A stretch of 58,731 nt of DNA from a virus (IMGVR_UViG_3300037408_000723:1-58731); one strand, 5' to 3'; counted from the first letter of the stretch, positions 21,246-31,984 are shown. Numbers and translations: made by a program. The notes: generated from the sequence alone by a model not told the origin.

Positions 21246-22369
21246 GTCTTGAGATAAAGTCTTTGGTAGCTTTATCTGGTCAAAACAACGTATCTATAAT
21301 ATGGACAGAGCCTTTTGATTCAAATCAAGATACTGTATATTATTATAATGTGGATAATCCAGAAAATTTAGATTGTTGGATAAAAATAGGTACAAAATCT
21401 ACTATACAAAATTTTAATAATGATAGGGCCTATAAAGGTTTTCTCGGAGTAATAATAAGCGATTATGCTATTAAAATAAATAATGAAAATATTATTAAGG
21501 GTTTTTCTGGGGAATCTAAAAATATAATATATTTGGCTGCCACACAAGAAAATATTCCAATAAGCATTAATACGCAATATGTATCTACAAATATAACGTA
21601 TAAAGATTTTAATTTTAGTAGACCAAATCCAGATAGATTGTTACGCTCATTAGATAAAAAATATAATAAGGAACCATACTCAAATAATTATAAATTATTC
21701 TCATTACTTGCCATGCCAATAAAAGATTTTTTCGATTCTTTAGAGACCGATGGATTAGACCAACTAAATATATTGAAATCAGAGGGGGAATACCTCGATA
21801 ATTGGGGAAAGTTATTTAATATATCAAGATTCCCAAACGAATCAGAGAGTGATTATTCATCTAGAATATTAAAATACTTTATTACTAAAAAAGGTACAAA
21901 TAAGGGTCTAAATGATATAATATACTACATAATAAATTCCTATAATAGTAGTACGTCATTAAACTACGCCCCAATAAAAGGATTTTTAATTTTAGAGGGC
22001 ACTAAGGATAGCCGTACATTTTTCCTCAATAAATCTTTCTTGGGGCATCACTCACTAACAAACAATTTTATAGGAGATTATGTTAAAACAAAAGCCAGTA
22101 ATACTCAGAGTAATTTAACAGATATTAATTTTTATGTAAATAACCCTACGGCAGCTGTTATACCAAATATAAAAGGAACAAGATTTTCATCTAATTCGTC
22201 TATTATTTTCACCTTACGAATTATTTTAAGTATAGACAGTCGGGTTAACCCCGCCGTACATCCAGATATGCTACAAACTTTGAGAGAGATATTATATAGA
22301 ATATCCTCAGCAATAAACTATTTTAAACTAGCGGGAACATCTGTAAATATAGAAATAAAGTATGTTTAA
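21242..22369 (+). CDS. Baseplate wedge protein (gpI-like)
   Basis: SEGEYLDNWGKLFNISRFPNESESDYSSRI and C-terminal INYFKLAGT. Confidence 0.75.
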   Translation: MSLEIKSLVALSGQNNVSIIWTEPFDSNQDTVYYYNVDNPENLDCWIKIGTKSTIQNFNNDRAYKGFLGVIISDYAIKINNENIIKGFSGESKNIIYLAATQENIPISINTQYVSTNITYKDFNFSRPNPDRLLRSLDKKYNKEPYSNNYKLFSLLAMPIKDFFDSLETDGLDQLNILKSEGEYLDNWGKLFNISRFPNESESDYSSRILKYFITKKGTNKGLNDIIYYIINSYNSSTSLNYAPIKGFLILEGTKDSRTFFLNKSFLGHHSLTNNFIGDYVKTKASNTQSNLTDINFYVNNPTAAVIPNIKGTRFSSNSSIIFTLRIILSIDSRVNPAVHPDMLQTLREILYRISSAINYFKLAGTSVNIEIKYV

Positions 22370-22413
22370 TGCATAATTAAGATGGAATACTCTACAACTA
22401 TTCGGAGAAAAAA

Positions 22414-25400
22414 ATGAGTTCATATGATCCTATAAATTGGCCAAAAGATTTAATAAATTTATCCAGTAATTTTTACGCACCAGACCAGCAGTATGCATTT
22501 TCAGATAAAAATTCTGAAACTATTGACATAAATAAAGGGTTATCATATTTATTGAACTCTATAGAAACCCCAGGGTCATTTATTAAAGAAGGATTAACTA
22601 TTAACAGTTTAGAAGAATCAAGTAAAAAACTCCGCTTTAATTATGGAACCTTTGTTTATGATACTACCAACTCAAGTACTATTGATGTAAATGGGGCTAT
22701 AGTAACATCAAAAAATCATAATAGCAATAAATCAATTATATCTGTTAGTAGAATTATAGATGAACCAGTTCAGATAAACTCTTTCGAACCAAGTTCTGGA
22801 ACAACTACCGCATATATAGCGTTGCCATTTAAGGTACGAAAGGCAGGGGCATACTCTGATCCTTTTTACAAAGACATATCAAATATACCATCACCATATT
22901 TTTATTTGTCGGGAGACTATAATAAATCTGCCGCGTATTCTATAGAAGAATCATGGCTTAGTAATAATATAATACAATCCTCTGCGCAGAATGCTAGCAT
23001 ATATTTATACAAGGGCACTAACGTTTTATTAACAGCTTACCCAGATGTTTCAGTAGAGTGGGCATCTGAAAGTGGTATAACATATACTGTAACAAGTATT
23101 TATAATAATAAGATAACACTTAATGCCACTTTGGACGGGGCGGATACGAGGCTATTTAGTTTATTAAGAAATAGCGTAAAGACGTATCGTATAGTAGGTA
23201 TAGATCCATCAGATAAAAAAATTGTTTATTTAGATAAGAATTACACAGAGAGTGTGAATACAACATTAAAAATTTTATCTAAAGACGCTGTATTACCTAT
23301 ATCAGGCAATCGTTATGATGTTGTGTGCATAAGAAAGAGCGTAAACGGATTACAAAAAGATATTTATACATTTCAAGATACAGATGCGGCTATTGTAACA
23401 AAGTATACAGACTATAGGTATAATGTAGGTTATGAACTTATAGTGGTTGAGGGGGCGGTAGTTTCACCGGACTCCCCGACTAAAGAAGAACTCAATGCGA
23501 TAGGATATTACGGCATACCATTAGCGGTGGCGCAAGTTGAACCTTCCGGTGTTGTAACATATAGTGAGAATAAGGATTGGATAAAAGCTTTTAGAGATAT
23601 TAATAAGTTATATTCTAACTTAATATATGATGGAGATTTTTCTTTTAAAGCGGGGTCTAACGAGTATATAGACCCATCTAATAGTTCTCTATACGGAACA
23701 ACAGAGTGGTATTATTTCGCAGGAACAAGAAGCATAAATCAATCCGGTGGATTAAACTCTACTGGTGCGTTAAACATATCTGATTCTGTATCTGGTAAAA
23801 AAGTCGCCTTTAGGGCACAATTAAAAGATTTAGGACTTTATTCGGGCGATACTGTAATATTTTCGTTGCAAGCAAAGACAGATGCTACAGGATTGGCTAA
23901 AATACAAATAGCGTTAAATTCTACCGATAATAATGGTGGAACAGATATCCTTGTAAAGGACTCCAGTACACTTGCATCTAATAGTGGGGAATATAAGTAT
24001 TTAACTGTTTCTATGAGCATACCATTAAATGTATCACCGTCAACCTATATATATTTCTGGATGAGTCTTTCAAATACTGTAAGTGGGTCTGCTTTATTTG
24101 ATAATCTATGTGCATTTAAAATTGGGTCATCAAACACTTATAGACCAAAAATTGTTACTGATCATGGAAATCAATTTTTTGGTGGAAACGTTAATATACA
24201 AGGTAACCTTACAGTAAAAGGAACACAGACGATTCTTGATGTTGAGACTGTACAAGTAGAGGACTCTATAATACACGTAGGTAAAGATAATAGTTCTGCA
24301 ACTGATTTTGGAATAAGTGTAGGATCGAGTGTACTTACGCCGTTAGCGTCGGTTAAATATAACGTAGCAAGCGCTAAATGGATAATAGATAAACCACTAT
24401 ATTTAGATACAAATACAATCACAGCTAAGTCTTTTATGTTTGGGGATGCTGGAACATCCGGAAATTTATTAACACTTATATCCACAAGTTCTTCAAGTAA
24501 GTCTCTAATAACTGTTGGGGCAAATGCTGAAATACAAATAAATAATTCTGGAAAATTTATAGCCTCTTCCGGAAGTACGGTGGATCTAAGCGCTGCAGGT
24601 TCCGGACTAATATTGGCTACTGGACAAATAACTGGCGGTTTTATAGATGGATTAACTATAGTATCTAATCTAATAACTGTTACAAAAAATATTACAACAG
24701 ATAAAAATGTAACATTAACTGGGACGGGTACTTTGACTAGCGCCTCTAAAATAATTGCTAACGGAGGGACACAAGGAAAATTATATACCAATGCTGCTAC
24801 AAATAGGTTAGAGATAGAGCAATCTGATCAAACATCCTTTAAAGCAATTATTAATTTGAATAGTATAGCAACAGCTAATAAAGAGTATACCTTTCCTAAT
24901 TATAATGGAACTTTTGTACTGGAGGCAGCGCAACAAGTATTAACAAATAAAACTATAACGGACTGCGCTATAAATGGAACAACATTTTCTTCTTATACTA
25001 TAAACAAGGGCGGTAACGAAGCTATATTATCGACCTCTGGGTTAACTGGGGATAGAACGTACACCTTTCCTAATTATAATGCAACATTAGCATCTTCTAG
25101 CGATGTAAGTTCATCTGTAAGTACACACGCGGCATTAACAAGCACCCATGGGGTAATTGGTAATATCGTTGGAACATCTGATGGTCAAATTTTAACAAAT
25201 AAAACTATAACAGATTGCACTATAAATGGAACATCTACTACAAGCTTTATATTGAATTCTTTGTCTAGTACTAGCAAGCTGACTATAGCAAAAGGTAATA
25301 CCTCCCAAAGTAATAATATAACAGTAACCTTTCCCGATATAAGTAATAATTATACCACCCAACAATTTATATTAAAAGATACTGGATCAAAGCAACTTCT

Positions 25401-27438
25401 TAATAACATAGGCATATCGTCTGTTGATATAACTTCCGGAACAGCGGCGCTTAGTAGTATAACTGCAACAAGTTTAATTATTGATGGTAATACTATAACA
25501 TATATTAAAGATAGTAATGACCCTTTTGGTATACCAGCAAATAAAGACAGTAGTTTTATAACTCAAGGGTATTTAAGTAAATATATAATAGGAGATCCTT
25601 CCACTACATATGGATTGTTAATACCACAAACATCCTCCAGCTCGCCGTCAAATCCAGGAGCAACAACTGGATCTGGTATAAGTATCTTCAATAACACTTC
25701 AACAGCGTATATAGTTTCTGGGTCTTCTTGTACAGGACTGTTCACATTTGTAAGACATAATACAACAACTGTAGATATTGATAACAGTATAAAATTAGAC
25801 GTAACAAATAGCACTATAACAGCAAAAACATTAAATGTAGACACTATAAATGCTGGAGGAATAGGTAGTTCTAATACAAATTTAACCATAGGACAAGAGA
25901 TATTAGCCGACCCGAGTTTTGACGCAGCAGACGGCGTCAATTGGGCGCTAAAAGCGGCATCAAATGGAAGCGGGTCAATAGCAAATGGAAATTTGACATT
26001 GAGTGGGGCCGCCAATCAGCCGACAGGCTTTGCTAGTTATAAAACAGTAAACTCTTTTACAATGTTTTCTGGCGAGACATACAATATTACAGGAAAGCTC
26101 TCACAGGTTAAGCTTAGTAGTGTTAAAGTTAGCATAGTATTAGCAAGCAACGAGTCTACCGTATTGTATGAAAGTACTGTGCTTAATTATATGGGTAGTT
26201 CGGAAATAGCGCAACCTTTTTCCGTAGATTTTTTAGCTACGGCGACACAACAAGTTAAATTAATACTCACACACACTAATGTCGGAAATTCCGCAGGCTT
26301 TGCTAGATTTAGAGCGGTTTCATGTAAGAAACGCTGCGGTGTTTTTGCATCAGGAAGAATATCGGCATCGGAAGTAATAACTCCTAAATTAGAAGTACGC
26401 GGTGATAATATAGTTAGTGAATACCCCGATAAACCTACGTTTGTTAACACCTTGGCTAACAATATTAATCCGTTAGGACAATGGAATTATCATATTGTTC
26501 CAGCCACAGACTGCTCAATAGTAGATGGGTCTTTCCGAATCAGTACTGGGCCAGGAGCAGGTTGGTGTGGGATATATGTTCCAGTAAGATTAACGTCTGG
26601 GAAGACCTATAAGGTATCTTTTACAGCAAAAACAGAAATCTCCAACTTCGGCATTCGTGTAGGATCAACAATTGGTGGTGGCGAATATTTTTCTATGGCC
26701 GGTTTTTATAATGGTGCGTTTGAAGAACATTCAGGAACTTTTACCGCTACGCAAACAATAACAGCATACTTTTTTATAGGTGTAGAACCTGCCACAGAGG
26801 GAGCCAGGGATGTCACAATTAAAGACGCAGGTATGTGGGAGCTTAGTGATATACGGGCGGGCGATATAACATGCGATGATATAACGTGCCAAGATATAAC
26901 ATATAATAATGTGAATCCTATATATACAAAAGTACATGCAGAATTATTACCATCAACCGGTATCGATTGGGATGCTGGTTATCATGACAGTTTTGTTCCA
27001 TTTAATGGAAGCGCGTCAAATACCTATACAAATTGCACAACAAATGGCACATGTCATTTCGGGGATAACTATAAATGTTATTTCAAACCAACAAGTGATG
27101 GGGTTATAAAAATAGGTTTTGGAGATGACTATAGGGCCGCAAATGACTTAGTATATTTAACCGCGTATCTAAGTCTACCAACAGGAAACCCAGATCAAGC
27201 AGACGCCTTAGCAAAAAGGGTAGCTCAGTCTGGGCAGTATGTTTGTGGTGTAAATGGTAATGGTAAATATGTATATTTCCCCCTTAAAACTAACGTTTAT
27301 TACAGTATAGGATATGTTATAGGGGACGAAGATAACTTTGCAACACATGTAATCGTAGATTTTTATTCACCATTAACAATATACCCATCAGCACCGGTTA
27401 TATCAGATGAAGATAACGATGTTATAGCTTTTTGGTGA
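22414..27438 (+). CDS. Large tail fibre/receptor-binding protein with CBM-like domains
   Basis: 1674 aa; three jelly-roll-like segments (NLIYDGDF..., EILADPSFD..., VRLTSGKTYKVSFTAK) and fibre repeats (YTFPNYN..LTNKTI). Confidence 0.78.
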   Translation: MSSYDPINWPKDLINLSSNFYAPDQQYAFSDKNSETIDINKGLSYLLNSIETPGSFIKEGLTINSLEESSKKLRFNYGTFVYDTTNSSTIDVNGAIVTSKNHNSNKSIISVSRIIDEPVQINSFEPSSGTTTAYIALPFKVRKAGAYSDPFYKDISNIPSPYFYLSGDYNKSAAYSIEESWLSNNIIQSSAQNASIYLYKGTNVLLTAYPDVSVEWASESGITYTVTSIYNNKITLNATLDGADTRLFSLLRNSVKTYRIVGIDPSDKKIVYLDKNYTESVNTTLKILSKDAVLPISGNRYDVVCIRKSVNGLQKDIYTFQDTDAAIVTKYTDYRYNVGYELIVVEGAVVSPDSPTKEELNAIGYYGIPLAVAQVEPSGVVTYSENKDWIKAFRDINKLYSNLIYDGDFSFKAGSNEYIDPSNSSLYGTTEWYYFAGTRSINQSGGLNSTGALNISDSVSGKKVAFRAQLKDLGLYSGDTVIFSLQAKTDATGLAKIQIALNSTDNNGGTDILVKDSSTLASNSGEYKYLTVSMSIPLNVSPSTYIYFWMSLSNTVSGSALFDNLCAFKIGSSNTYRPKIVTDHGNQFFGGNVNIQGNLTVKGTQTILDVETVQVEDSIIHVGKDNSSATDFGISVGSSVLTPLASVKYNVASAKWIIDKPLYLDTNTITAKSFMFGDAGTSGNLLTLISTSSSSKSLITVGANAEIQINNSGKFIASSGSTVDLSAAGSGLILATGQITGGFIDGLTIVSNLITVTKNITTDKNVTLTGTGTLTSASKIIANGGTQGKLYTNAATNRLEIEQSDQTSFKAIINLNSIATANKEYTFPNYNGTFVLEAAQQVLTNKTITDCAINGTTFSSYTINKGGNEAILSTSGLTGDRTYTFPNYNATLASSSDVSSSVSTHAALTSTHGVIGNIVGTSDGQILTNKTITDCTINGTSTTSFILNSLSSTSKLTIAKGNTSQSNNITVTFPDISNNYTTQQFILKDTGSKQLLNNIGISSVDITSGTAALSSITATSLIIDGNTITYIKDSNDPFGIPANKDSSFITQGYLSKYIIGDPSTTYGLLIPQTSSSSPSNPGATTGSGISIFNNTSTAYIVSGSSCTGLFTFVRHNTTTVDIDNSIKLDVTNSTITAKTLNVDTINAGGIGSSNTNLTIGQEILADPSFDAADGVNWALKAASNGSGSIANGNLTLSGAANQPTGFASYKTVNSFTMFSGETYNITGKLSQVKLSSVKVSIVLASNESTVLYESTVLNYMGSSEIAQPFSVDFLATATQQVKLILTHTNVGNSAGFARFRAVSCKKRCGVFASGRISASEVITPKLEVRGDNIVSEYPDKPTFVNTLANNINPLGQWNYHIVPATDCSIVDGSFRISTGPGAGWCGIYVPVRLTSGKTYKVSFTAKTEISNFGIRVGSTIGGGEYFSMAGFYNGAFEEHSGTFTATQTITAYFFIGVEPATEGARDVTIKDAGMWELSDIRAGDITCDDITCQDITYNNVNPIYTKVHAELLPSTGIDWDAGYHDSFVPFNGSASNTYTNCTTNGTCHFGDNYKCYFKPTSDGVIKIGFGDDYRAANDLVYLTAYLSLPTGNPDQADALAKRVAQSGQYVCGVNGNGKYVYFPLKTNVYYSIGYVIGDEDNFATHVIVDFYSPLTIYPSAPVISDEDNDVIAFW
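25117..25208 (+). repeat. Dispersed partial copy of the first gene's repeat
   Basis: GTAAGTACACACGCGGC...TTAACAAATAAAAC with about 6 mismatches against the copy starting near 879. Confidence 0.93.
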
Positions 27439-27475
27439 TTAGTCGAAATAATGTATATAGAAAAAATAAAATAAT

Positions 27476-27853
27476 ATGAAAATAGACGCGCATCTTCAAC
27501 GAAATATACATATTTTACAGAACTTACTTGAGTTAGAACTTAAGGAGCGTCTTATTTTTATATTAATTGAGGGTGCAAGAACGGAAGATGAAAACATAGA
27601 ATACTATCAGAATAAATATGGCGAAAACTGGAAAAAATACTATAATAGTAATTCTCTGCATATAGTCAAGGAGAGTACCGGTAATATTTTAAAGGCTATG
27701 GACATAGCCTTTAAAAAGGAAGATGGTAGCTACCTACCAGGGAGAGACATATTAAAAGTTATTCAGGATAATTTTCTGTTCTCTAATGTAGGAGTAGCAG
27801 AGAATTATGTTCATGTAGATGTAATGATAAGAACGTGGTATTATAAGAATTAG
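27476..27853 (+). CDS. Peptidase M15-like protein
   Basis: EGARTED..SLH..KAMDI..VGVAENYVHVD resembles the LAS zinc peptidase motifs. Confidence 0.6.
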   Translation: MKIDAHLQRNIHILQNLLELELKERLIFILIEGARTEDENIEYYQNKYGENWKKYYNSNSLHIVKESTGNILKAMDIAFKKEDGSYLPGRDILKVIQDNFLFSNVGVAENYVHVDVMIRTWYYKN

Positions 27854-27887
27854 TTTTAAAGTAGCAAATTCCGAAAATACATATATA
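27854..27887 (+). promoter_or_regulatory. 34-bp conserved element, copy 1
   Basis: TTTTAAAGTAGCAAATTCCGAAAATACATATATA, ending 16 nt before ATG 27904. Confidence 0.85.
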
Positions 27888-27903
27888 GTAAAAAGGGGTA
27901 GCA

Positions 27904-29658
27904 ATGGAAGATAATATTTTGTATATATATGATGACCTATCAAAAGCCGCCAAAGGACATATGCGTGCGACTCATCATAAGTATATACGAAGGGAGTTTG
28001 TTGGAAAGCCGGACAGACCTTATGAATATTACTATTATGTAAAATCTCCCGTTAAAAAATTAACAAAATTACCGACATCTACTAAAGATATAACGGAAGC
28101 GGTAAGTACAGCCCCGCCAGAAAAGCAGAAAGATACTATAGTTTCTTATGTGCAAGAACATAAGAAGGCGGTTCAAGAGATACTTCAGAGTAAAGATGAT
28201 TATGGGTTTAACGAGTTATTCCATAATATGAATCCAGAAGAGCACCGTAAACATCTCGAAGAAGTAGCCTCCCACCCGGATTCCCGTGTTTTTATAACTA
28301 GAAATAAAAAATCAAAAACGCCGGAAATATATGTTGGAAGACCTGTAGGAAGACAGGGAGATAAGATAAAGGGAGAATTTAAACCCGGAGATGTAGTTAT
28401 GGTATCAAATTTTAAAAAATTGGTATTAAACCAAGATACCCGTGAAATAGAACTACAAGACTCGGAATATAAAGGTATGAAGACGACAAAGATGTATTAT
28501 CTTGGACCAGATATGTCAGGAAGAGAAAATATGCACATAGTTCAGCAATTCCAAGGCACGGATACATCTGGAGTTTCTGGGCAGTATCTTGCTGATATTA
28601 ATGATATAGTACACTATGTCACAGAGAAGCAGAAAGAAGTTAAGACTCAAAAGCGTAGGTTATCGGAACGTGATATGCGCAATAAGGCCATTCTCGAATA
28701 TTATAAAACAGACGATATAGAAGAGGCATATTCTAATATAGATAGAGATTTTTCAAAGATAAGAACGGCAGTATCACGACGAGTGTGTCATAATTTTGGG
28801 TTTAGTGTTAAGGGGGATTCTGATAATCAAGGCCCTTATAATCTATTATCTGGTATGCTTGTGGATAAGATGTATTTAGAGGCTGGGAATATATTACACA
28901 GAAAAGTTTTTGGAAAAAATATTAAAGGTAAAGAGCAAGATAGCGGAAAAAATATTGATATTAATAAGTATCTTTATACTTCCCTTTATTTTGAAGGTAT
29001 TAGATTGGCACGTATGATGGATACCCGGTTAGGTCTTACCATGAGAGAAAACATAGAGGTATCAATTTTACATAAGGCCAAAAGGTTGTTAGATTCTAAT
29101 AGAGTCAATACAAGAGAGGATTTAATAAACTCTTATAAGGACTGTACACTAGAATATCACAATGGGCAATTAAGAAGGTATCAGCTAGCTAATAATAAGT
29201 ATGTTAATGATAAAGAAGCGTCGTCAGAATTGGATATTAAAAGATTACAAAGATCCATAAAGAAAGAGACAAAGATTATAAATGCCATGAGTAAGATGAA
29301 TACTATAGAGTGGGATAAGCATATAAAAGAGGTAGAATCTAGAACAAAAATAACAAAAGGCCAGGTATTTAGCTATGACGAAGATAAAGAAGATATAGTA
29401 GATCCAGTTGCAAATGAGACTCGCGATAATCTTATATTAAATAAAGACGATATATTTGAGATAAAGGCAATACTTCAAGATGAAATAAAAGATAATTTAG
29501 TAGAAGAGCTAGTAGGATACCTGGCGTCTGATGTCGCCACAAAAGAAGAATTATCTTTCTCAGAAGAACTATTAGAAGCAATAGAGGGCTTATCATCAGA
29601 TATACGTAGAAAGTTAACACAAGTTTTTACAGATAAAAATGATACTTATTTAATTTAA
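27904..29658 (+). CDS. Hypothetical protein, possibly virion-packaged (DLSKA and HKYIRRE..YYY N-terminus)
   Basis: Long ORF with RBS, its own upstream element and its own terminator. Confidence 0.6.
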   Translation: MEDNILYIYDDLSKAAKGHMRATHHKYIRREFVGKPDRPYEYYYYVKSPVKKLTKLPTSTKDITEAVSTAPPEKQKDTIVSYVQEHKKAVQEILQSKDDYGFNELFHNMNPEEHRKHLEEVASHPDSRVFITRNKKSKTPEIYVGRPVGRQGDKIKGEFKPGDVVMVSNFKKLVLNQDTREIELQDSEYKGMKTTKMYYLGPDMSGRENMHIVQQFQGTDTSGVSGQYLADINDIVHYVTEKQKEVKTQKRRLSERDMRNKAILEYYKTDDIEEAYSNIDRDFSKIRTAVSRRVCHNFGFSVKGDSDNQGPYNLLSGMLVDKMYLEAGNILHRKVFGKNIKGKEQDSGKNIDINKYLYTSLYFEGIRLARMMDTRLGLTMRENIEVSILHKAKRLLDSNRVNTREDLINSYKDCTLEYHNGQLRRYQLANNKYVNDKEASSELDIKRLQRSIKKETKIINAMSKMNTIEWDKHIKEVESRTKITKGQVFSYDEDKEDIVDPVANETRDNLILNKDDIFEIKAILQDEIKDNLVEELVGYLASDVATKEELSFSEELLEAIEGLSSDIRRKLTQVFTDKNDTYLI

Positions 29659-29679
29659 ATATCCTTACAATTATTAAAA

Positions 29680-29707
29680 GCCCCGGAAATTTTCGGGGTA
29701 TTTTTTT
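29680..29707 (+). terminator. Rho-independent terminator
   Basis: GCCCCGGA..TTCGGGGT stem followed by A and seven T. Confidence 0.8.
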
Positions 29708-29737
29708 AAAGTAGCAAATTCCGAAAATACATATATA
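29704..29737 (+). promoter_or_regulatory. 34-bp conserved element, copy 2
   Basis: Exact copy; overlaps the terminator T tract and precedes the helicase operon. Confidence 0.85.
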
Positions 29738-29769
29738 AATAAAGACTATGGGTACAGAGGTATAAACAT

Positions 29770-30552
29770 ATGCCAAAATCTAGTAAAATACTACCAATAA
29801 GTGTGGAAGAGTATAAAGATGTATCAGAGATGATATTGTTTTATAGGGATCATATTCATATGAGTTATAGGGTATATTTACAGAAAAATCTCCCAGAAAA
29901 TTTGGTGGAGTACCGCGAGTGGAATAGCTTTTATAAATTATATAAATTTTTGAAGGAAAGGGACATCCCTACAAAACTGTATATACAGGCGGTATTATTA
30001 GAGTTTTTAGAGCAAGGATTAGACAAGCGTATGGGGATTATTAGGCCCTTTCCAAGCATGATGCCAAAGTTGTTTAATTTATTTGTTCAGCATCTTCAAA
30101 AGGCCTCCTACAATTATGGTGGAAATTATTGTTTGATGGAGATAGAAGATTACTTTTATAAAGAATTAGGAAGAGACATAATAAGGCTGTATCAGTTATG
30201 TGATTTTTATAAAGAAGACTCTTTAGTAATATTAATGTCTTTTCCAGAAGAGTTTGGGGAATTAATATTTTTAACTAACGATGAATTCGAAAATATTTTT
30301 TTTAATAATAAGGAATTAAAAAATTTATATAAAGATACATTAGGCTCAAAATATTATCACATAATAAGTAGATATAAAATATATAAAGAGGATTTGAGAT
30401 TCATACAAGCAAAGGATACTCTTTTGGCTGTTATAGATGAAAAAATAGAGAATTATAAATTATATGAGAACGATTATACTAAAGTATTGCGGCGTGTTAA
30501 GCTGGATCTTGAAGAAATTGGATATAGGGTAAATGGAAAATTATCTGTTTAA
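29770..30552 (+). CDS. Hypothetical protein (possible helicase partner)
   Basis: RBS GAGGT; overlaps the helicase start. Confidence 0.55.
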   Translation: MPKSSKILPISVEEYKDVSEMILFYRDHIHMSYRVYLQKNLPENLVEYREWNSFYKLYKFLKERDIPTKLYIQAVLLEFLEQGLDKRMGIIRPFPSMMPKLFNLFVQHLQKASYNYGGNYCLMEIEDYFYKELGRDIIRLYQLCDFYKEDSLVILMSFPEEFGELIFLTNDEFENIFFNNKELKNLYKDTLGSKYYHIISRYKIYKEDLRFIQAKDTLLAVIDEKIENYKLYENDYTKVLRRVKLDLEEIGYRVNGKLSV

Positions 30553-31927
30553 TGAAGAGTTCCAAATATCTATTCTTGCTAATATGTTGCAAGATATAAA
30601 ATTTGTGGTAACAAATCCTGGTGTGATACAGGCAGCATTTTTTACGGAGGATTATCTGCAAGATATCGCTCAAATTATATTAAGTTTTGTATCTAAGTAC
30701 TCAATACCTCCTACACCTATTGCCTTAGAGGAGGAGCTTAAGATACTTTTAAAAAACCCTCACACAAAGGATTTAGTAGATGATTATATAGAAATATCTA
30801 AAAGTTTGTATACATATGATATCGAACCAATGCGCCCGTATATAAGGGATCGTGTAATAGAGTTTGGAAGACAGGCTTCTGTTAGAAGAGCACTTATAGA
30901 CGTGGCGGAACAAGTAGATAAAGGAAATCTTGAGGTAGCGAGAAACTTATTTATAGATTCTTATAAGATAGGGTTAAATGTGTCTGCTGTAGGGTATAAT
31001 TATTTAGATGAAGCGGAGGATAGGTTTAATAAGTATAATATGCCCGTAGAAGAAGGTATTCCTACGGGAATATCAGATTTAGATAAACTTCTTTATGGAG
31101 GAGGGGTACATCCTGGGTGGTTTTGTTTCGTTATAGGACCCTCTGGATCCGGCAAGTCTATTTTATTACAAAATATTACAAAACATGCTGTAACAGAAAG
31201 AAAAAAGGTTTGGTATATATCTCTTGAAATGCCGGTAGAACAATTATCTAGAAGATTCGATTCTATGTTTACAGGTGTAACTTTACGGGATTTAAAGGAT
31301 AGTAAGTGTAAATTAATAGATTGTATGAAGGCTCAAAAGGCGATAGGAGGAAATTTAAAGATAACATTTTTCCCTCGGCGTACTGTTAATACAAATAATT
31401 TAAACGCGTACTTAGAATGTCTAAGAGATAATGATAATTTTATACCAGATCTTATAGTGGTGGATTATGCGGACGAGATGTTAGCTATAAACCCAACGGA
31501 ACAAAATTGGTTAAACGAAAAGGCTATATTTACTGAACTAACATCATGGGCACAAAGTATTGGTATACCTGTATGGACGGCGTCACAAGCAAACGGGGGT
31601 GGTTATGAACTACAAAGAAAAAAGCTAAACTTAGATATGGATAACGCTAGTGGGAGCAAGTCAAAAGGAAATCCAGCAGATGTAGTAGCAACCTTAGTAT
31701 GTTTAGATAAGAATCAAGAAGATCAGACAGGAATACTGCAAATGTTTGTAGCAAAAAATAGAGATGGAGAGAGTCGCGTTACTATAAGGATGAACGTTGA
31801 TTATAAAACTATGCGGGTTAACTGTAATACCTCTCAAATGGCAGCACTAAGAACAGAAGATTTGGATGATGAAACAAAACAAATATTATTAAAATTATCA
31901 GCATCCTATGACGTAGATAAACAATAA
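30533..31927 (+). CDS. dnaB: DnaB-like replicative helicase
   Basis: IPTGISDLD, GPSGSGKS, ISLEM, IVVDYAD, VWTASQ and AKNRDG. Confidence 0.93.
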   Translation: MENYLFNEEFQISILANMLQDIKFVVTNPGVIQAAFFTEDYLQDIAQIILSFVSKYSIPPTPIALEEELKILLKNPHTKDLVDDYIEISKSLYTYDIEPMRPYIRDRVIEFGRQASVRRALIDVAEQVDKGNLEVARNLFIDSYKIGLNVSAVGYNYLDEAEDRFNKYNMPVEEGIPTGISDLDKLLYGGGVHPGWFCFVIGPSGSGKSILLQNITKHAVTERKKVWYISLEMPVEQLSRRFDSMFTGVTLRDLKDSKCKLIDCMKAQKAIGGNLKITFFPRRTVNTNNLNAYLECLRDNDNFIPDLIVVDYADEMLAINPTEQNWLNEKAIFTELTSWAQSIGIPVWTASQANGGGYELQRKKLNLDMDNASGSKSKGNPADVVATLVCLDKNQEDQTGILQMFVAKNRDGESRVTIRMNVDYKTMRVNCNTSQMAALRTEDLDDETKQILLKLSASYDVDKQ

Positions 31928-31984
31928 AAACAATATTAAAATAAATAGTACTGTAAATATAAATAAACACTATAGGAATATAAA

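Noticed and set aside
1-25208. Diversity-generating retroelement TR/VR pair
   Set aside because: No reverse transcriptase in the window, all copies are coding and internal, and the differences are not adenine-specific.
7995-27438. Extracellular contractile injection system or tailocin
   Set aside because: Neck genes, terminase and a full replisome show this is a phage.
27857-27877. Sigma28-type promoter (TAAA...CCGAAAA) within the element
   Set aside because: The boxes are about 9 nt apart rather than about 15.
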